64,000 nt of DNA from NCBI GenBank assembly GCA_044892525.1, contig CM097885.1:7502001-7566000 (forward strand), given 5' to 3'. A model generated the notes under the pieces. The model was not told the origin of the DNA, did no database searches, and saw nothing but the letters and a program-made list of their open reading frames with translations. The translations under genes were made by a program, and so were the position numbers. Below, one piece after another: positions 1-12,473 of this stretch (positions are counted from its first letter, which is position 1; each line of letters begins with the position of its first letter). The DNA is from Schmidtea polychroa (Eukaryota).

Positions 1-3000
1 ATGAAGAAATTGTTGATATTGGAATCGAATCAGTAACCGAGACTGATCTTGATTCTTCGGATTATATTTTCGTTCCAAACTTCATTGTATTCTTTTCCAA
101 ATATCCCTATTTTGATCTTTTTACTGACATCCTTAGCCAATTGTTTCGTTCTATTAATAGCAAAACCACTAGAATAATCGAAGATCAACTAATGGAATAT
201 TCAGCGATCTTGTCCAAGATTCCTATAATGAAGTTCGATAACATACAATTGAATTTCAATATTGATAACTCTATATATTCAATAAAACCCATAAATTCGA
301 CCTTTGACCAGGTCATTGATTGGGATTTTACTTTACTTTTTCACTTACTTTCCATTGATGACATCATTTACATTCTATTGGCATTGTTCCAGGAACAAAA
401 GATCGCATTTCTGTCTCAGTATAATAATATTATTACTCTGGCTTGTGAGACCTTGCTAGTTTTATTTCAACCTTTTACATGGAAGCATTTCTATTTGACA
501 GTGGTTCCGTCTCATTTGTATGAGCTAGCAGATGCGATTTTTCCTTATATTATTGGACTACCTCTCGAACTGAAAAGTCAACTAATATCTTCATACGATG
601 AAATAATCGTGGTGAACTTAGATGAAGGTACAGTTTATAAACCCAAAGCCTATAAGCTGGCAAATATAAAAAGTGATTTGACCGACCAATTAAAAAAATG
701 TTTCCTTGAACGTGATTGGTTGACATTCCGGACGGATATTTCCCATATTAAAACTAACTCAATTGAAGTTTTAAAAGAAATTAATTACCGTAAAATCCAA
801 ACTTTCTCCCACAAGGTCATGCTTAACTTCATGATACTGATGGTGGATTTATTCCAGGAAATTCTCAACAACATCGTTGTGGAAAAACACAATAATATCG
901 TTAATGCCAACGCTGACAAATTTCTGAAATCAAATCAAAGTAAAAATATAGAATTTTTTAATTCAATTTATCACAGTGATAATTTCAATTGTTTTCTCGA
1001 CAGCAAACTACGTACGTCGAAACCGGATGGTTGGGTTAAAATTTGCAATCAATTGTATCCGAACTTCCTCGACGCGTATCGGACTCAGAATTTGAAGTCA
1101 GGAAAGTGGAAACGAATGAGTCTCGATAAAGAAATCAAAGAGATGTTCCAACCGACAGAGAAGGGATGTTTGATCTTTAACTTACCAACAAATAAAACTG
1201 AAAGAGTCAGCTATTTTAAAGCGGTAATTACAAGGATAAACAGTTCCAAAGTAAATGTAAGTTCCTTGAAACTCAAAGCCGAAATATATTTTCAAATGGG
1301 AGACATCCTCAAGGCCTTCGAAACGATTTATCAAGTTCTGGAAATCGACAAAACGGCTTTGGAGTACTCTAAACTAAAAAAGATTATATATGGATTAGAC
1401 AAAACGATAAAGAAGACTCTGGATAAAACTTACTTCATGACCTCTTTAAATGAAATGGTTAATTTGAATCAAAACCTCGAAGTACAACCCAAGAAGCATT
1501 CAGTTCAACAGTTTTATGCTCCAAGTACTCCAATTTCAAAGAATCAATTTTTTGAGATATGTCGCAACGCTAACATTACAGATTTCGAAAGCACATCTGA
1601 AGACCTGTTTCGAGTGTTAACAATAGAACAAAAATCGTCAATACGCCACCCAAAAAGGGTGAGTCCGGAAATATTTCAAATTTTCTACAACACTTGGGTG
1701 CAAAATTCTACAGATTTCCCTGAAGGTGAAATATATATCGATCAATTTCTAGACGAAGTTCTAATATTTCATACTCCTAATTCTATAAAGGTTGATGATT
1801 ATGGACAAGGTCGACTTCTTTTGACTCAAATGAGATTGCTGTTTATTCCTTCTGAAAAGTCATATTTTGAAATTTTAGCAAACTTTACTGAGGAAACACT
1901 TGTTAAAATGAAAATCGACCGAAGAATTAAGGGTTTTGGAAAGACCGTCGATATTTTAGAAGTAACTACCGAAACCAACTTTAAAAACTCTTCAAAGATA
2001 ACTTCGAAAAAACTTGTTCTAAGATTAGTTCAAGATATTGAAATTTGGTTTAATTTGATTTCCGAGATAGGTTATGCAAATAAAGTTTCTTATGAAGAAA
2101 AAGATAAAGTAATTCAAGACAAACTTATAGAGCAGTGTTTGATATACGAAAACCTAGAAATGTGTGCAAAGGAGACCCCATTCTTTAAAAGAAACAGGTA
2201 CAATATGACAAAGATTATGTTGGTATTTACGATGAACCATACAGAAGAAGTTAAACGTACCCAGCCGATTAACAACAACCATAGAAAATACATCATCAAC
2301 CGACTGATGCCATCTCCTAAACAAACCATCACAATCGACTGTGCCTTGGTCATACCAAAACCAATTTTGAAAAATTTTGACTTGTGGTGTGCTATGAGTG
2401 TCGACCAGACTTCTTTCCTAAAATGTTATCACATCATTAATGAAAGTATTCAAAGCTTCATTCCGAAAGAACTGAATTTACAATCGCGAATTAAGGTTAT
2501 GATGTATTTAACTGGCACCAATAAAATCATTTTTGGATTCTGTGACGGAACGATTTCTTTTTTCAATATGAATGATTTTTCCTTTGAAAATTTCAACTTT
2601 TCTTTCAATGCAGGATATCATCCTACCTGTGGCATTATACATTATGAAAGTATTCGTTCTTACGCCATTTATATGGGAATAAGCAACGGGGATTTGATAA
2701 AGTGTCATCCGAACACCAAAACGGTGAATATTAATATTATTATTATTATTATTGTTATTAATATTATTATTATTATTATAATTATTATTATTATTATTAA
2801 TATTATTATAATTATAAATATNNNNNNNNNNNNNNNNNNNNNNNNNNNNNNNNNNNNNNNNNNNNNNNNNNNNNNNNNNNNNNNNNNNNNNNNNNNNNNN
2901 NNNNNNNNNNNNNNNNNNNNNNNNNNNNNNNNNNNNNNNNNNNNNNNNNNNNNNNNNNATTGAATAAAATTATTCTATTAAAAAAATTAATTCATTTGAT

Positions 3001-6000
3001 TTATCATTTCCAAATTGAATCTGCTATAAGCTTGACATAGTTAAGATAATTAAATTTCAAATAAAGTAGATAAGAGTTAAAGAGCATGATTAATTATATC
3101 CGGATGTGTTTAATTAATTTTTGTATTTTTGGTTACATGTCACAAATCTGGATGTGTGCATGTATCAAGCACTGTTCATAATTTTTGATCTATAACATAT
3201 TCAATTTAGAAAAGGTGTACGATATAATTAGCAAATATGTCTAAAATAATATATCTATACCAGGGGTGGCAAAACTTTCAAGTCTTGCGGGCGACTTTTA
3301 ACTAAATTAAATCTGGCGGTCTACCAGAAAAACTATTTTCAATTGTTACCTGTAGTTATTCTATTTATTCTATTTAAATACAAAACGAATTAGAAAAAAA
3401 CTTATAATACTTTACTAGAACGTAAACATATCTTAATATAATATTATTTACTGCTACTACTTGCACCTGATACGTGGCACTGCATCTTATCAGCAAGTTC
3501 TTCGTATTTCGGGCAATAGGAGCTTATGGCGATCCGCAAGCATGATTCCAAATGATCATCTGTCAAACAAGATCGATGTTTTGTTTTAATGACATTCATT
3601 GAAGAAAAGGCTGATTCACAAAGATAGGTGGATCCAAAAAATGCGGACATATATCCAACTACTCTCCGCAAAATTGGATATTTTTCTTCTGAAATAAGAT
3701 TCCAAAAATTATCTTCGGTTGTAGCTCTTGATTTTAAGTAAATGTCGCTTTTCAACGCTATTATCTCATCTTCTAAGCAAGCTGAATCTGAATCCAGAAA
3801 TTCATTAATCTGAGTAGCGATCTCCTCTGTATCAAGAACATCATTAAACGGGAATGACATGAACATAGCAATATTTGCAATTTTAGATAAATCTGCGAAA
3901 CGTGTGTTAAATTCATTTAAAAGGGTAGTAATTTGATTTGTATATTTATCGTAAAGAATTCCTGGCGCATTTTTGGATTCTTCTTCCATGTTTTTAAAAT
4001 GTTTCAAATCACCCCGTTCTAGTTGACGCACAAACAAGGACAGTTTCTCTTTAAACGTCTTTACTGCCGTTATCATGTCAAGAATTGATTTGTGTCTCCC
4101 CTGAAGCTGTAAATTTAATTTATTCAGGTGCTCTGTAATGTCGCAAAGAAAAGCAAGATTTATCAGCCAACTTTTATCCTCCAGTTCGGGATATAATTCT
4201 TCTCTTCCAGTCAAAAACTGTTTTATTCCGGGCAAAAGATCTCTAAATCGTTTTAAAAATGCTGCACGGCTAAGCCATCTTACATCCGTGTGTAACAATA
4301 ATTCAGTATTTTCAATTTCACATTGTTCAAGCAAAGTTCGAAATCGACGTCGTTGTAGACTTCTTGCACGTATCGAATTTACTATTTTAAACGCAATATT
4401 CATTACATAGTTAGAGTTCAACACTTTGGAGCATAAGGTTTGCTGGTGGATAATGCAATGATACGAATGAAATCTGGGAATTTCTTCATCATTTTTGCAA
4501 AGTGTTACAAATCCGACATGTTTTCCGATCATAGACGGAGCTCCATCCGTGGTAATTGATACCAACTTGTGAATCGGGAAATGGGTGCGACTTATAAAAG
4601 ACTTGAATAAATTGTAAATATCTTGACCCCTTGTTTGTCCTTTCATTGGAAGAATAGTCAATAATTCTTCTCTGGTTGACATATCATCAAAAACCATTCG
4701 AATGAAGATGCATAGTTGCGCAGTATCAGTGAAATCTGTAGATTCATCAAATTGCAAAGAGAAAAAGCGGCATTTTCGAATATCTTGCCGCAAAATATCT
4801 TCCAAGTTTTTGCTAATGTCTATCATTCTTTGCGTGCTAGTATTGCGCGTCAATGACATATTGTTGATACAATCCATTATTTCGGATTTATTTTTAAAAT
4901 CTTTGAATAACACCTCACCAGCTTCAACAAACGCCTGTTTCCATATTTCGCCATCTCCAAAAGGTTTTTTATGTTTCATCAAAATATTAACTACCTTGAA
5001 TGATGCTAGGGTAGCTGTTTTTGATTTTGAGTTAAATTTCGTAAAAAAAGTTTGTTGTGCACCTAATTGAGACTTTAACTGCTTGACTTTGTCTTTTCGT
5101 ACCTCGGAATGTAATGGAAAGTCAATTTCATACTGTTTGTGCACTGTTCGAAAATGTCGTTCAACGTTAGCTCTTTTAGGTAGTGCTACGTTTGAATTAC
5201 AAATGAGACAAACACACTTATCTTTCATCATTATGAAAAAATATTCCTGTTCCCATTCAGTATTATAATGGTACGTTTTAGTTTTTTTGGCCGGTTGTGT
5301 CATTGGGGCTAAAACAAGAAAATAATAAAACCTAAAATAAATTAAATATGAAAATTAATGTTAAACACACTTACATACTCAAAAATTAAAAATGTTAACT
5401 TTTATAAAGAATTTTTTTTAATAAAAAAATTTTGAAATTAATATTATAAGCAGGTATTATTCAATACTGAATACTTCAAGCTTTCAAATTTTTCTAACGA
5501 AAACAATTTGATTTCAAAATTGAAATAGACAAACACATGTTTGTTGTATTTTATTTTGGTTGTTTTTTATTTTTTTATTCCTTATCGAAGATTGTAGCGT
5601 CAATGTTTTGCTTTTATTTTATGGCCTACTTGTTCAAACACATGAAATTTATTCTGATTATTAGCTAACTGTATATATTTGAATTTCAAACTAAATATTT
5701 ACTACACTCTGAGTGTTATCTGACTAATATTATGTTTCTTATTGGAATTTTTTTGTCATATGAATCGAAACTTATTTTAAATATGTTTATAAAGTTAGAA
5801 ATTCAATAAATAAAAAACTGATTTTTATATGCAATTTTCCATAGTGCTAGCGGGCTACTTTCGATAGCTACGCGGTCGACCAGTCGACCGCGGTCGACGC
5901 TTTTGCCAGCCCTGATCTATACATATACATATATACATATGCGCGTATTGCACCTGTATGATTATGCTAATTGAGATAAATAATAGGCAATGACATAATC

Positions 6001-7612
6001 TGAGAATTCAGTTATTCAACAATAATCAATAAGATGTACACGAATTCATTCATAATAACTATATGAGTTACGTAATATGCTACTAGTCACAAGAAAATCA
6101 AATATTCTGTTAAAGTTTAAATCTTTTATTAGTATTATTTTTTGAAAAATATATAAATTATTATACAGTAGTATCAGCAGTATAATTTACTGCATAATTC
6201 AGAACTTAATCAGAATATCATCAGAACACTGTATAATTCAAAGAGCGTGCGGTGTACAAAAATGTAACTTTTGGGGAAATCTTATTGCTGTTCTAGAGTA
6301 CTTACCAATAATGAAGAATACTGTATGCTTTCGAAGTCAAACAAAAAGTAAACATCTAATAAATGTGTATAACCAGCGACAAATACAGAATTTCTTTGAT
6401 GGAGGGAAAATATTAACAATCTAACAAATAATGATTAAAGAATGACAACAGGTGTCATTATTGATACAGCTCATACACAAATAATCTTTCACATAACACA
6501 ATATTATTTAATCATTCAATGTCTTATAGAACAAAACTAATGCGACGAGAGTATTTCTTAAGCATATCAAAACGATCTATCATTACATTAGTATCTCCTT
6601 GCATATCCTGCTGAATGCATAAAAATGCCGAACCTGTTAATCTCTCATCTTTCATTCGATTTTAAAGATATATTTTCAGCCAATAGAATTTGAGATTTAA
6701 TGTTCGACGTTCTATTCATTCTCTCTTCTGATATTCCATTCATTATCTAAAACCAATATAAGTGACTCTCATCGCCCATAGTAATTTAAATTTGTTTATC
6801 ACGTTTCTGCATGTGATTGTTTAAGACCTATATATAAGGGACATCGTTATTTACAAAAATAAATTTACGAAGCCGTTTAGATGTGATACATGTTCTCATC
6901 CCTGCGCCTCTATCCATTCATGTTATTGAGTTATTATTGTATTCAGCAATATATTTGAATTAATTAATAAATGTTTATAGATAGAAGAAGTCCTTAAAAT
7001 TCCTGAAAGTCAAATAATAAACTTTATTGAAATTTACGACTCTGAAACCTTTCTTATCGGCTCTTCCCATAGCGTATTTATTATTACTCTAAAAGGAGAG
7101 GTTCTCTCTGAAATTGTTTATGTAAATAATCATACAATCGCAAATCTAATAAGTGCTTTCATCTTGTTGGACGGAAATAAACGGCTAATAATTGGACTTC
7201 ACCGAATGCCCGTTTTCTTGGAGTATGATATCCGAGATAAAATGAATCCAATTTGTTTGAGGAAGAAAAATCTTTTCAACAATAAGAACTTTGACAGTTC
7301 AGAAGTTAATGGTAAAGCTAATTTTCATTGCAAACTAATGACGTTTCCATAGATCATTCGGAATCAACCTACAATTATATCGGGATATCTTCTATTGTAC
7401 AAATTCCAAGGAGCAATCAGTTCTGGTTTATTTATAAAGATGGAACTGTTGAAATAAGGAACTTTCAATCCCTTGAAAAGCTGGAAACGTTTATCTCTCA
7501 CACCGGATCCTTAATACTTTCCATGGTCTGTGAATTGCATAGCAAAAGAATTGTCCTGACTGTCGGAAGGGATGATGGGAAAATTAATTTATGGAATATT
7601 AATCCAGTTTAA
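1..7612 (+). CDS. DENND3: DENND3-like Rab GEF, left copy, 5'-truncated by the window; exons <1-2723, 6981-7311, 7353-7612
   Basis: ORF 141-2963 has a DENN core (LLALFQEQKIAF, FQPFTWKHFY, PYIIG), a PH/GRAM-like block (GQGRLLLTQMRLLFI) and WD40-like sequence. Phase-0 donor ACG|GTGAAT at 2723/2724 joins acceptor TTTATAG|ATA at 6980/6981. A 41-bp GT-AG intron at 7312-7352 contains CTAAT. The last exon ends GKINLWNINPV* (WD40). The symbol comes from recalled domain order and motifs. Confidence 0.8.
2731..2958. repeat. (ATT)n microsatellite at the start of DENND3 intron 1, followed by an assembly gap (N 2822-2958)
   Basis: Directly visible. The complete array is seen in the other arm at about 19661-19848. 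Confidence 0.95.
3261..5914 (-). mobile_element. Full-length 2654-bp hAT transposon, Buster/SPIN (GTF2IRD2-like) type
   Basis: TIRs CAGGGGTGGCAAAA (3261) and TTTTGCCAGCCCTG (ends 5914), 13/14 match. Perfect 8-bp TSD ATCTATAC (3253-3260 and 5915-5922) with the nnnTAnnn pattern typical of Buster elements. Confidence 0.95.
3444..5303 (-). CDS. Intact 619-aa hAT transposase
   Basis: ATG-to-stop ORF with N-terminal CLIC...HFRTVH zinc-finger motif, FSLQFDESTD (D1), ITTDGAPSM (D2), CIIH, DVRWLSR and STYLCESAFS (E). Confidence 0.92.
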   Translation of the reverse strand: MTQPAKKTKTYHYNTEWEQEYFFIMMKDKCVCLICNSNVALPKRANVERHFRTVHKQYEIDFPLHSEVRKDKVKQLKSQLGAQQTFFTKFNSKSKTATLASFKVVNILMKHKKPFGDGEIWKQAFVEAGEVLFKDFKNKSEIMDCINNMSLTRNTSTQRMIDISKNLEDILRQDIRKCRFFSLQFDESTDFTDTAQLCIFIRMVFDDMSTREELLTILPMKGQTRGQDIYNLFKSFISRTHFPIHKLVSITTDGAPSMIGKHVGFVTLCKNDEEIPRFHSYHCIIHQQTLCSKVLNSNYVMNIAFKIVNSIRARSLQRRRFRTLLEQCEIENTELLLHTDVRWLSRAAFLKRFRDLLPGIKQFLTGREELYPELEDKSWLINLAFLCDITEHLNKLNLQLQGRHKSILDMITAVKTFKEKLSLFVRQLERGDLKHFKNMEEESKNAPGILYDKYTNQITTLLNEFNTRFADLSKIANIAMFMSFPFNDVLDTEEIATQINEFLDSDSACLEDEIIALKSDIYLKSRATTEDNFWNLISEEKYPILRRVVGYMSAFFGSTYLCESAFSSMNVIKTKHRSCLTDDHLESCLRIAISSYCPKYEELADKMQCHVSGASSSSK

Positions 7613-8814
7613 CTTGGTAGATTCCAATATAAATAATTTTAAAGCTTTAAAAAGAATTTTTAATAAATTTCTTTAGTTTTTTATTAATTTTTATTTTCTT
7701 AGACATACTCAACACATTTCGGTTTTTGTTTAAATATGTTAATTTCATTTACTTTTTTTAACAACTAATTTATTTGATTAATTATTTGAATTATTCTAAA
7801 TCTCTTTTGAGATTTTATTACATATTTAATGTTCTTTATATTATCATTTTATTGTGGTCTGCCTCATTGGAAGTAATGAAGACAATACAATTTCTATAGT
7901 AAAATATTTACTATAAAGATAAAATATTGATGAATAAATGCAATGTCAATTGAAAAGAAATCAGTGGTGAAAATTGAAAATAAGTTCTTAGAATAAATAT
8001 AAGAAAATAAATATGAAATTTATACAGATGAAATTATTCTGAATTTTTTGATGTCGAAATAGCTTTATTTTTTGTTTTTTAAAAAATAATGGTTCATTTG
8101 AAGTTAATATTTTTTACACCCTATATGTTCTACACCGTAATGTATAATTACAGTACTTTTAGCCATAAATTAAGGTATAATATAAGACATAATTAATTTA
8201 TAAATAGAAAAGATTCACAAACCTACTTGAAATAAAGAAAAAGTTACGTGAATTTACTTTAGAAAAGCTGAAAAATGATTATGGTGAGAAAATAAAATAC
8301 TAACATACATACAATGCACACAACAACCCTATCATCAAATTAGATACTGACGGACATATAATACGTTTAGCAATCATTTATTACGAGATTTATAAAAATT
8401 CTAAAAATATGCAACTTGAATTTTCTAGCTTTATATCACACCTCTCCCTTCATCCCCCATCACCCCTCTTATGACTACAAGGTTTTGTAATAGCTTTATC
8501 AAGGCTAGAAGGTTTCCTTTATTGCTTGAGTGAGCTATATGGTTCTTTTATTGCTGCAGAGAGCTAATGTTTTTTTTCAATAGCTACATTGGGGTTAAGG
8601 AATTTTTTCCACTTCGAATTCCTTTCTAATCTTTTCAAATAAATTCTAATTTCAGATAAAATTCTTTAAATTATTACTTTTTTATTTTAATGATTTATGA
8701 AAAATATTTATTTTTATATTTTGATCTATTTTTAATTTGAATTTTCCGTTAAAAATGTTATTGAACTTTCTATAGAAATTTTCCTTTTTTTTATCAAATT
8801 TTAATTCAATTCAG

Positions 8815-9799
8815 ATGTCCATTCAATAGAATTGGATGCGAAATGAATGAAGTAGAGAAGGACGAAATTAAAGTCCATCTCAATGAGAACCATGAAGGCC
8901 ATAGCAAATTACTGATTGATCAGTTCAGTAATTTATGCAATGAAATGCAGGCAATGAGAGATGAGAATATGAAATTGCGTAACGAAATTATCAATATCAA
9001 TGTAAAATTTTATTTGTAATTAATTTTATTGATATTTATTGAAATAGAAGAATTAAATGAGGAAATAGTGGCAGTGAAGAATGAGAATCGCTCATTTAGA
9101 ATGGAGATGGAGACAAATATTGATCAATCAATCAAGTTTGATTATTGATTTGATTTGTTATTGATTTGTTATTGATGCAAAGAAGATCAGGCAACAAATT
9201 GAGGTGATTGAATCAAAATGTCCAAAGCAAATTGATGAGATGAAAGAGAAATGCGAGAAGCATCGGCAACGGAAAATGAAAATGTGATTTATTGATTTTT
9301 TGAAATGTTTAAATTTGAGATTCAGTTGCAGCTTGAAATGCCGAAATGCGCCAATGAAATTCCGTCGATTGAAACAAAATTAGAAAATGAAAAATATATA
9401 ATTTACGGATATTTTGAATGGAAAATCAATAAATTTTCACAACAAGAGAAATATAAATATTGACAGCGAGGCATTTTATTCCGAGCCGATTGGTTCCAAA
9501 ACGTGCTTCGCAGTGTTGATTGGGAGTGATTGGGTTCTGGCTGGTTTCTGTTTGATGCGTGGGGCAAATGATGAGCAATTGGATTGGCTGTTCAAACAAT
9601 CGATGTGAACGATCCAACAAATGGTAACATTTATAACAGTGAGTCAATGAAATATTCAGATTGGCCTGATCATCCCGGATGGATGAAACCGTCAAATGAC
9701 AGAAATGATCCAATTGACATGTATATTGATAACTCAATCTATAAATTAACAACCAAAAATGATAAATTGCTGTTCAGGTGCAGAATTGAAAAATTATGA
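8815..9799 (+). pseudogene. TRAF-like gene remnant (TRAF zinc-finger end, coiled coil, MATH domain), frameshifted
   Basis: An exon from 8815 reads CPFNRIGC...HLNENHEGH followed by heptad-rich sequence. MATH motifs GYFEWKINKFS, SEAFYSEP...LMRGANDEQLDWLF and DKLLFRCRIEKL* fall in three different frames. The 9002-9047 intron is phase-incompatible. No upstream exons are visible. Confidence 0.7.
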
Positions 9800-10941
9800 C
9801 AAATTTAAAAAAATTTGCAAATGTGCAGCAGATGAGGAAACAAGAACCGACGGCGTTGTGTAACAAGAAACAGTGCTAATAGGAAACCGCAGTGAGTATC
9901 AACAACTGTCTGGTTGGTTTAATGCTCCTCTATGACGTCATTATTCATTATTCATTTACTGGTGGGCCTATGAGATTTCATCAATCTTGCTTACGAGAGC
10001 AACTGAGACTAACATGGGGATAATGCTGTACTGATTGAGAGATATATGACTGAGTTCCTATCGCATCATTCGTTGCAAGCTCGCAATCCATTCCACACTG
10101 TGCTACAATGTTTTTATCAATTGCTGCAGAGGGCTACAGGGTTATTATTAAGTGCTGCATATCTGATGCTTTGTCTATGACTTTAAAAGCAATCAATCAT
10201 TTGCTTGGATATAACAAATGGTAGAATATTTTCATTTAAATGCAATTATGTAGAAAATTTGTTTAATCAATATTATCAGTAGAGGCGTTATATCAGTCTC
10301 CTTTGGAATTATTTAGATATTTCTATCATAGATTGACGATCTTTATAAACTGTAAATGAATCTATACTGAATTTTCTGAATAATTAGAGCAATCAGTCAA
10401 TCAAATTGAATATACACGTGATAAGTTTACTTATAAGTAATTTTTAAAATTAATTTATTTCAATTAATTTATTCAATTTAAATAAATTATTTACTTGATT
10501 TTATTAGAAAATTCTTTGAGGATTCATGTTTAAATTAATTAATAACTTGAATGATCAGTGTTTACGATAAATATTTACTGGATTATTAATGACTAGAATT
10601 TATAGTTTTTTTGTTATCCATTAACTAGATTTTTATGATATTTATTTAATTAAAATAGTTAAAATATTTACTTGTTATTTTTATATTAATTTCTAGTATT
10701 CTAATTCGAGAATGTATAGGTTTTACCTAATTAGGAGAAAATCCTACAAGTATTGATGCCTTGAGTTCAGTCAATCAGTTGCACATCTATTAATTTTTTA
10801 TCCATTGAGTATCAACTTCAATGAAGAAGATTTTCTTTTAAAGATCAGTCAATTTGTATTCAAAAACTTACAACATAATTCTTAACAGTAGATAAATTAC
10901 GTGTATTTAATATCAGTACCCAGATATTAGCATCAATTCAG

Positions 10942-11752
10942 CAGTGGCATAGGTAGAAATTTTCGGCCCCTATGCAATGAGTCATAGATTGCCCCCCCCT
11001 ATACTGCATACACAAGTGAAATAGGTGCGGAGCACCATAGCGCCGCAGGAAAAAAACGTTTTGGCCCCTTTTGGAAGCACAATTGAATTAGACCAGGATT
11101 TCCCAAATTTTTCCTGTGACGTGACACTTCGTTACTCTCGAAATTTTGATGGAACATCTTGTTTATTTTGTACAGTTTGAGACCAGTGGTGTAGACATAC
11201 CCAAGATTTTTTTAAGGGGAGGGAAGAATGTTAATTGAAAGAAGGGCTTATAGTTACAGAAGAGTTTTGCACTGCAGGCAAAACATTTTTTTGGGTCCTC
11301 TTTGGAAAGACGATTTAATTAAATAATTAGAGCTCAATATACAATATAACATTTTAAATCGTTATAAAATGATAATAATGTATCAGGGACAAATGTGTAT
11401 AGCCGACAAGCGAAACAATTTTTTCGACCCCTATTTGAATGTGTATTTACTTAGATAACTAAAGTTGCTTGCTTAGGCAATATATTATTAGCGAGTGAGA
11501 GGCAGAGGGGATTGCATAAATATGTAAAATGCAGGTTAATAATGTACTTAATGCAATAAGTAAACAAAACAGTGGAGCTTTATTACATAAAACCCCAAAT
11601 TGATCATTTAAAGGTCCCTGTTGACTGATGCCGACCGTGCCGTTGTTTGACATTGTTTTCTGAAGAAAATTAAGGAAACTTGGAAAAAAGGCCCCCTGTC
11701 TTGTGGCCCCCTATGCATTGCTTACTCTTGCTATATGGTAGCTACGCCACTG
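10942..11752. mobile_element. Non-autonomous hAT element (811 bp)
   Basis: Termini CAGTGGCATAGG and GCTACGCCACTG. Perfect 8-bp TSD CAATTCAG (10934-10941 and 11753-11760). Confidence 0.88.
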
Positions 11753-12120
11753 CAATTCAGTAAAGATTTTGATCATGTTAATAATCTGTATTATGACCGA
11801 CACAATTCAGCTATCTATATAATATTTTGACAGCTGTCGAGATATAAACTTTTTTGATAATCCCATCTTTCGGATTTACCATGTCCTTTCTTTTCCTTAT
11901 CTTGAAAAATTCACCGAGATGACAAGATAATTTAAATTTGGTTTTGCTTTTTGTTTTGCTACTTTTGCGCTTGTACTTGTTAATTAAACATGACCTTCTC
12001 TTATTTATTTGTCTTTTTTTATTGATTTTCTTTTGTTCCCTTCTCATTTTACAACATCTGTTTTTCACTCCAATTTCACTGAATTCCAGAATAATCCCCA
12101 TTCATTTATCATCATTTATC

Positions 12121-12210
12121 ATCAGAATATTCTCGGTCAGAATGTTCTACAGCAGAATGTTCTACATCAGAATGCTCATCCTCAAAGTGATCTTGATCAG
12201 AATGTTTTTG
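12121..12210 (+). repeat. Six-unit 15-bp minisatellite (ATCAGAATGTTCTAC-like)
   Basis: Units start at 12121, 12136, 12151, 12166, 12181 and 12196. Confidence 0.9.
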
Positions 12211-12245
12211 AACAAATCAAAACCAATTAAATTAAAAATCACGGT

Positions 12246-12347
12246 TTTATTTACACAAACTATCATTTTCTTGACTCCAAGTGTATAAGCTAATAGAACA
12301 TACTCTCGAGTTTGACCATTTTTTGAAATAACAGATTCAAATTCTCC
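12246..12347 (-). pseudogene. EEF1A: 34-codon fragment of elongation factor 1-alpha
   Basis: [34 protein letters not shown] matches the highly conserved EF1A segment [34 protein letters not shown]. Flanks are unrelated to EF1A. Confidence 0.9.
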
Positions 12348-12473
12348 AATAATCATTAAATCCTATAGTTTTCGATAAAGGGCTTTTTTTGAAACATCAT
12401 CAATGTGGTTTCTACACCCACCATCGACATACTCGGCCAAACAACTATCAGATCTTAATTTATCTAGGTGTGA

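Larger units (their letters stand above)
1..8311 (+). repeat. Left arm of a large inverted duplication (continues beyond window start)
   Basis: Reverse complement of 14710-22574 (position 1 pairs with 22574). Similarity ends at ...AAATAAAATACTAACATACATA (about 8311). About ten point differences were noticed by eye, plus the 418-bp hAT deletion in the other arm. Confidence 0.95.

Noticed and set aside
8030-8065. Third hammerhead candidate (CAGATGA...GATGTCGAAATAGC) in both arms
   Set aside because: The core is mismatched and no convincing stems I and II form.
8211-8470. Reading frame crossing the left inner junction (LLEIKKKLREF...*HTYNAH...TDGH), suggesting the left arm is the original
   Set aside because: It contains a stop, has no recognisable family, and is short enough to arise by chance. 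It cannot orient the duplication.
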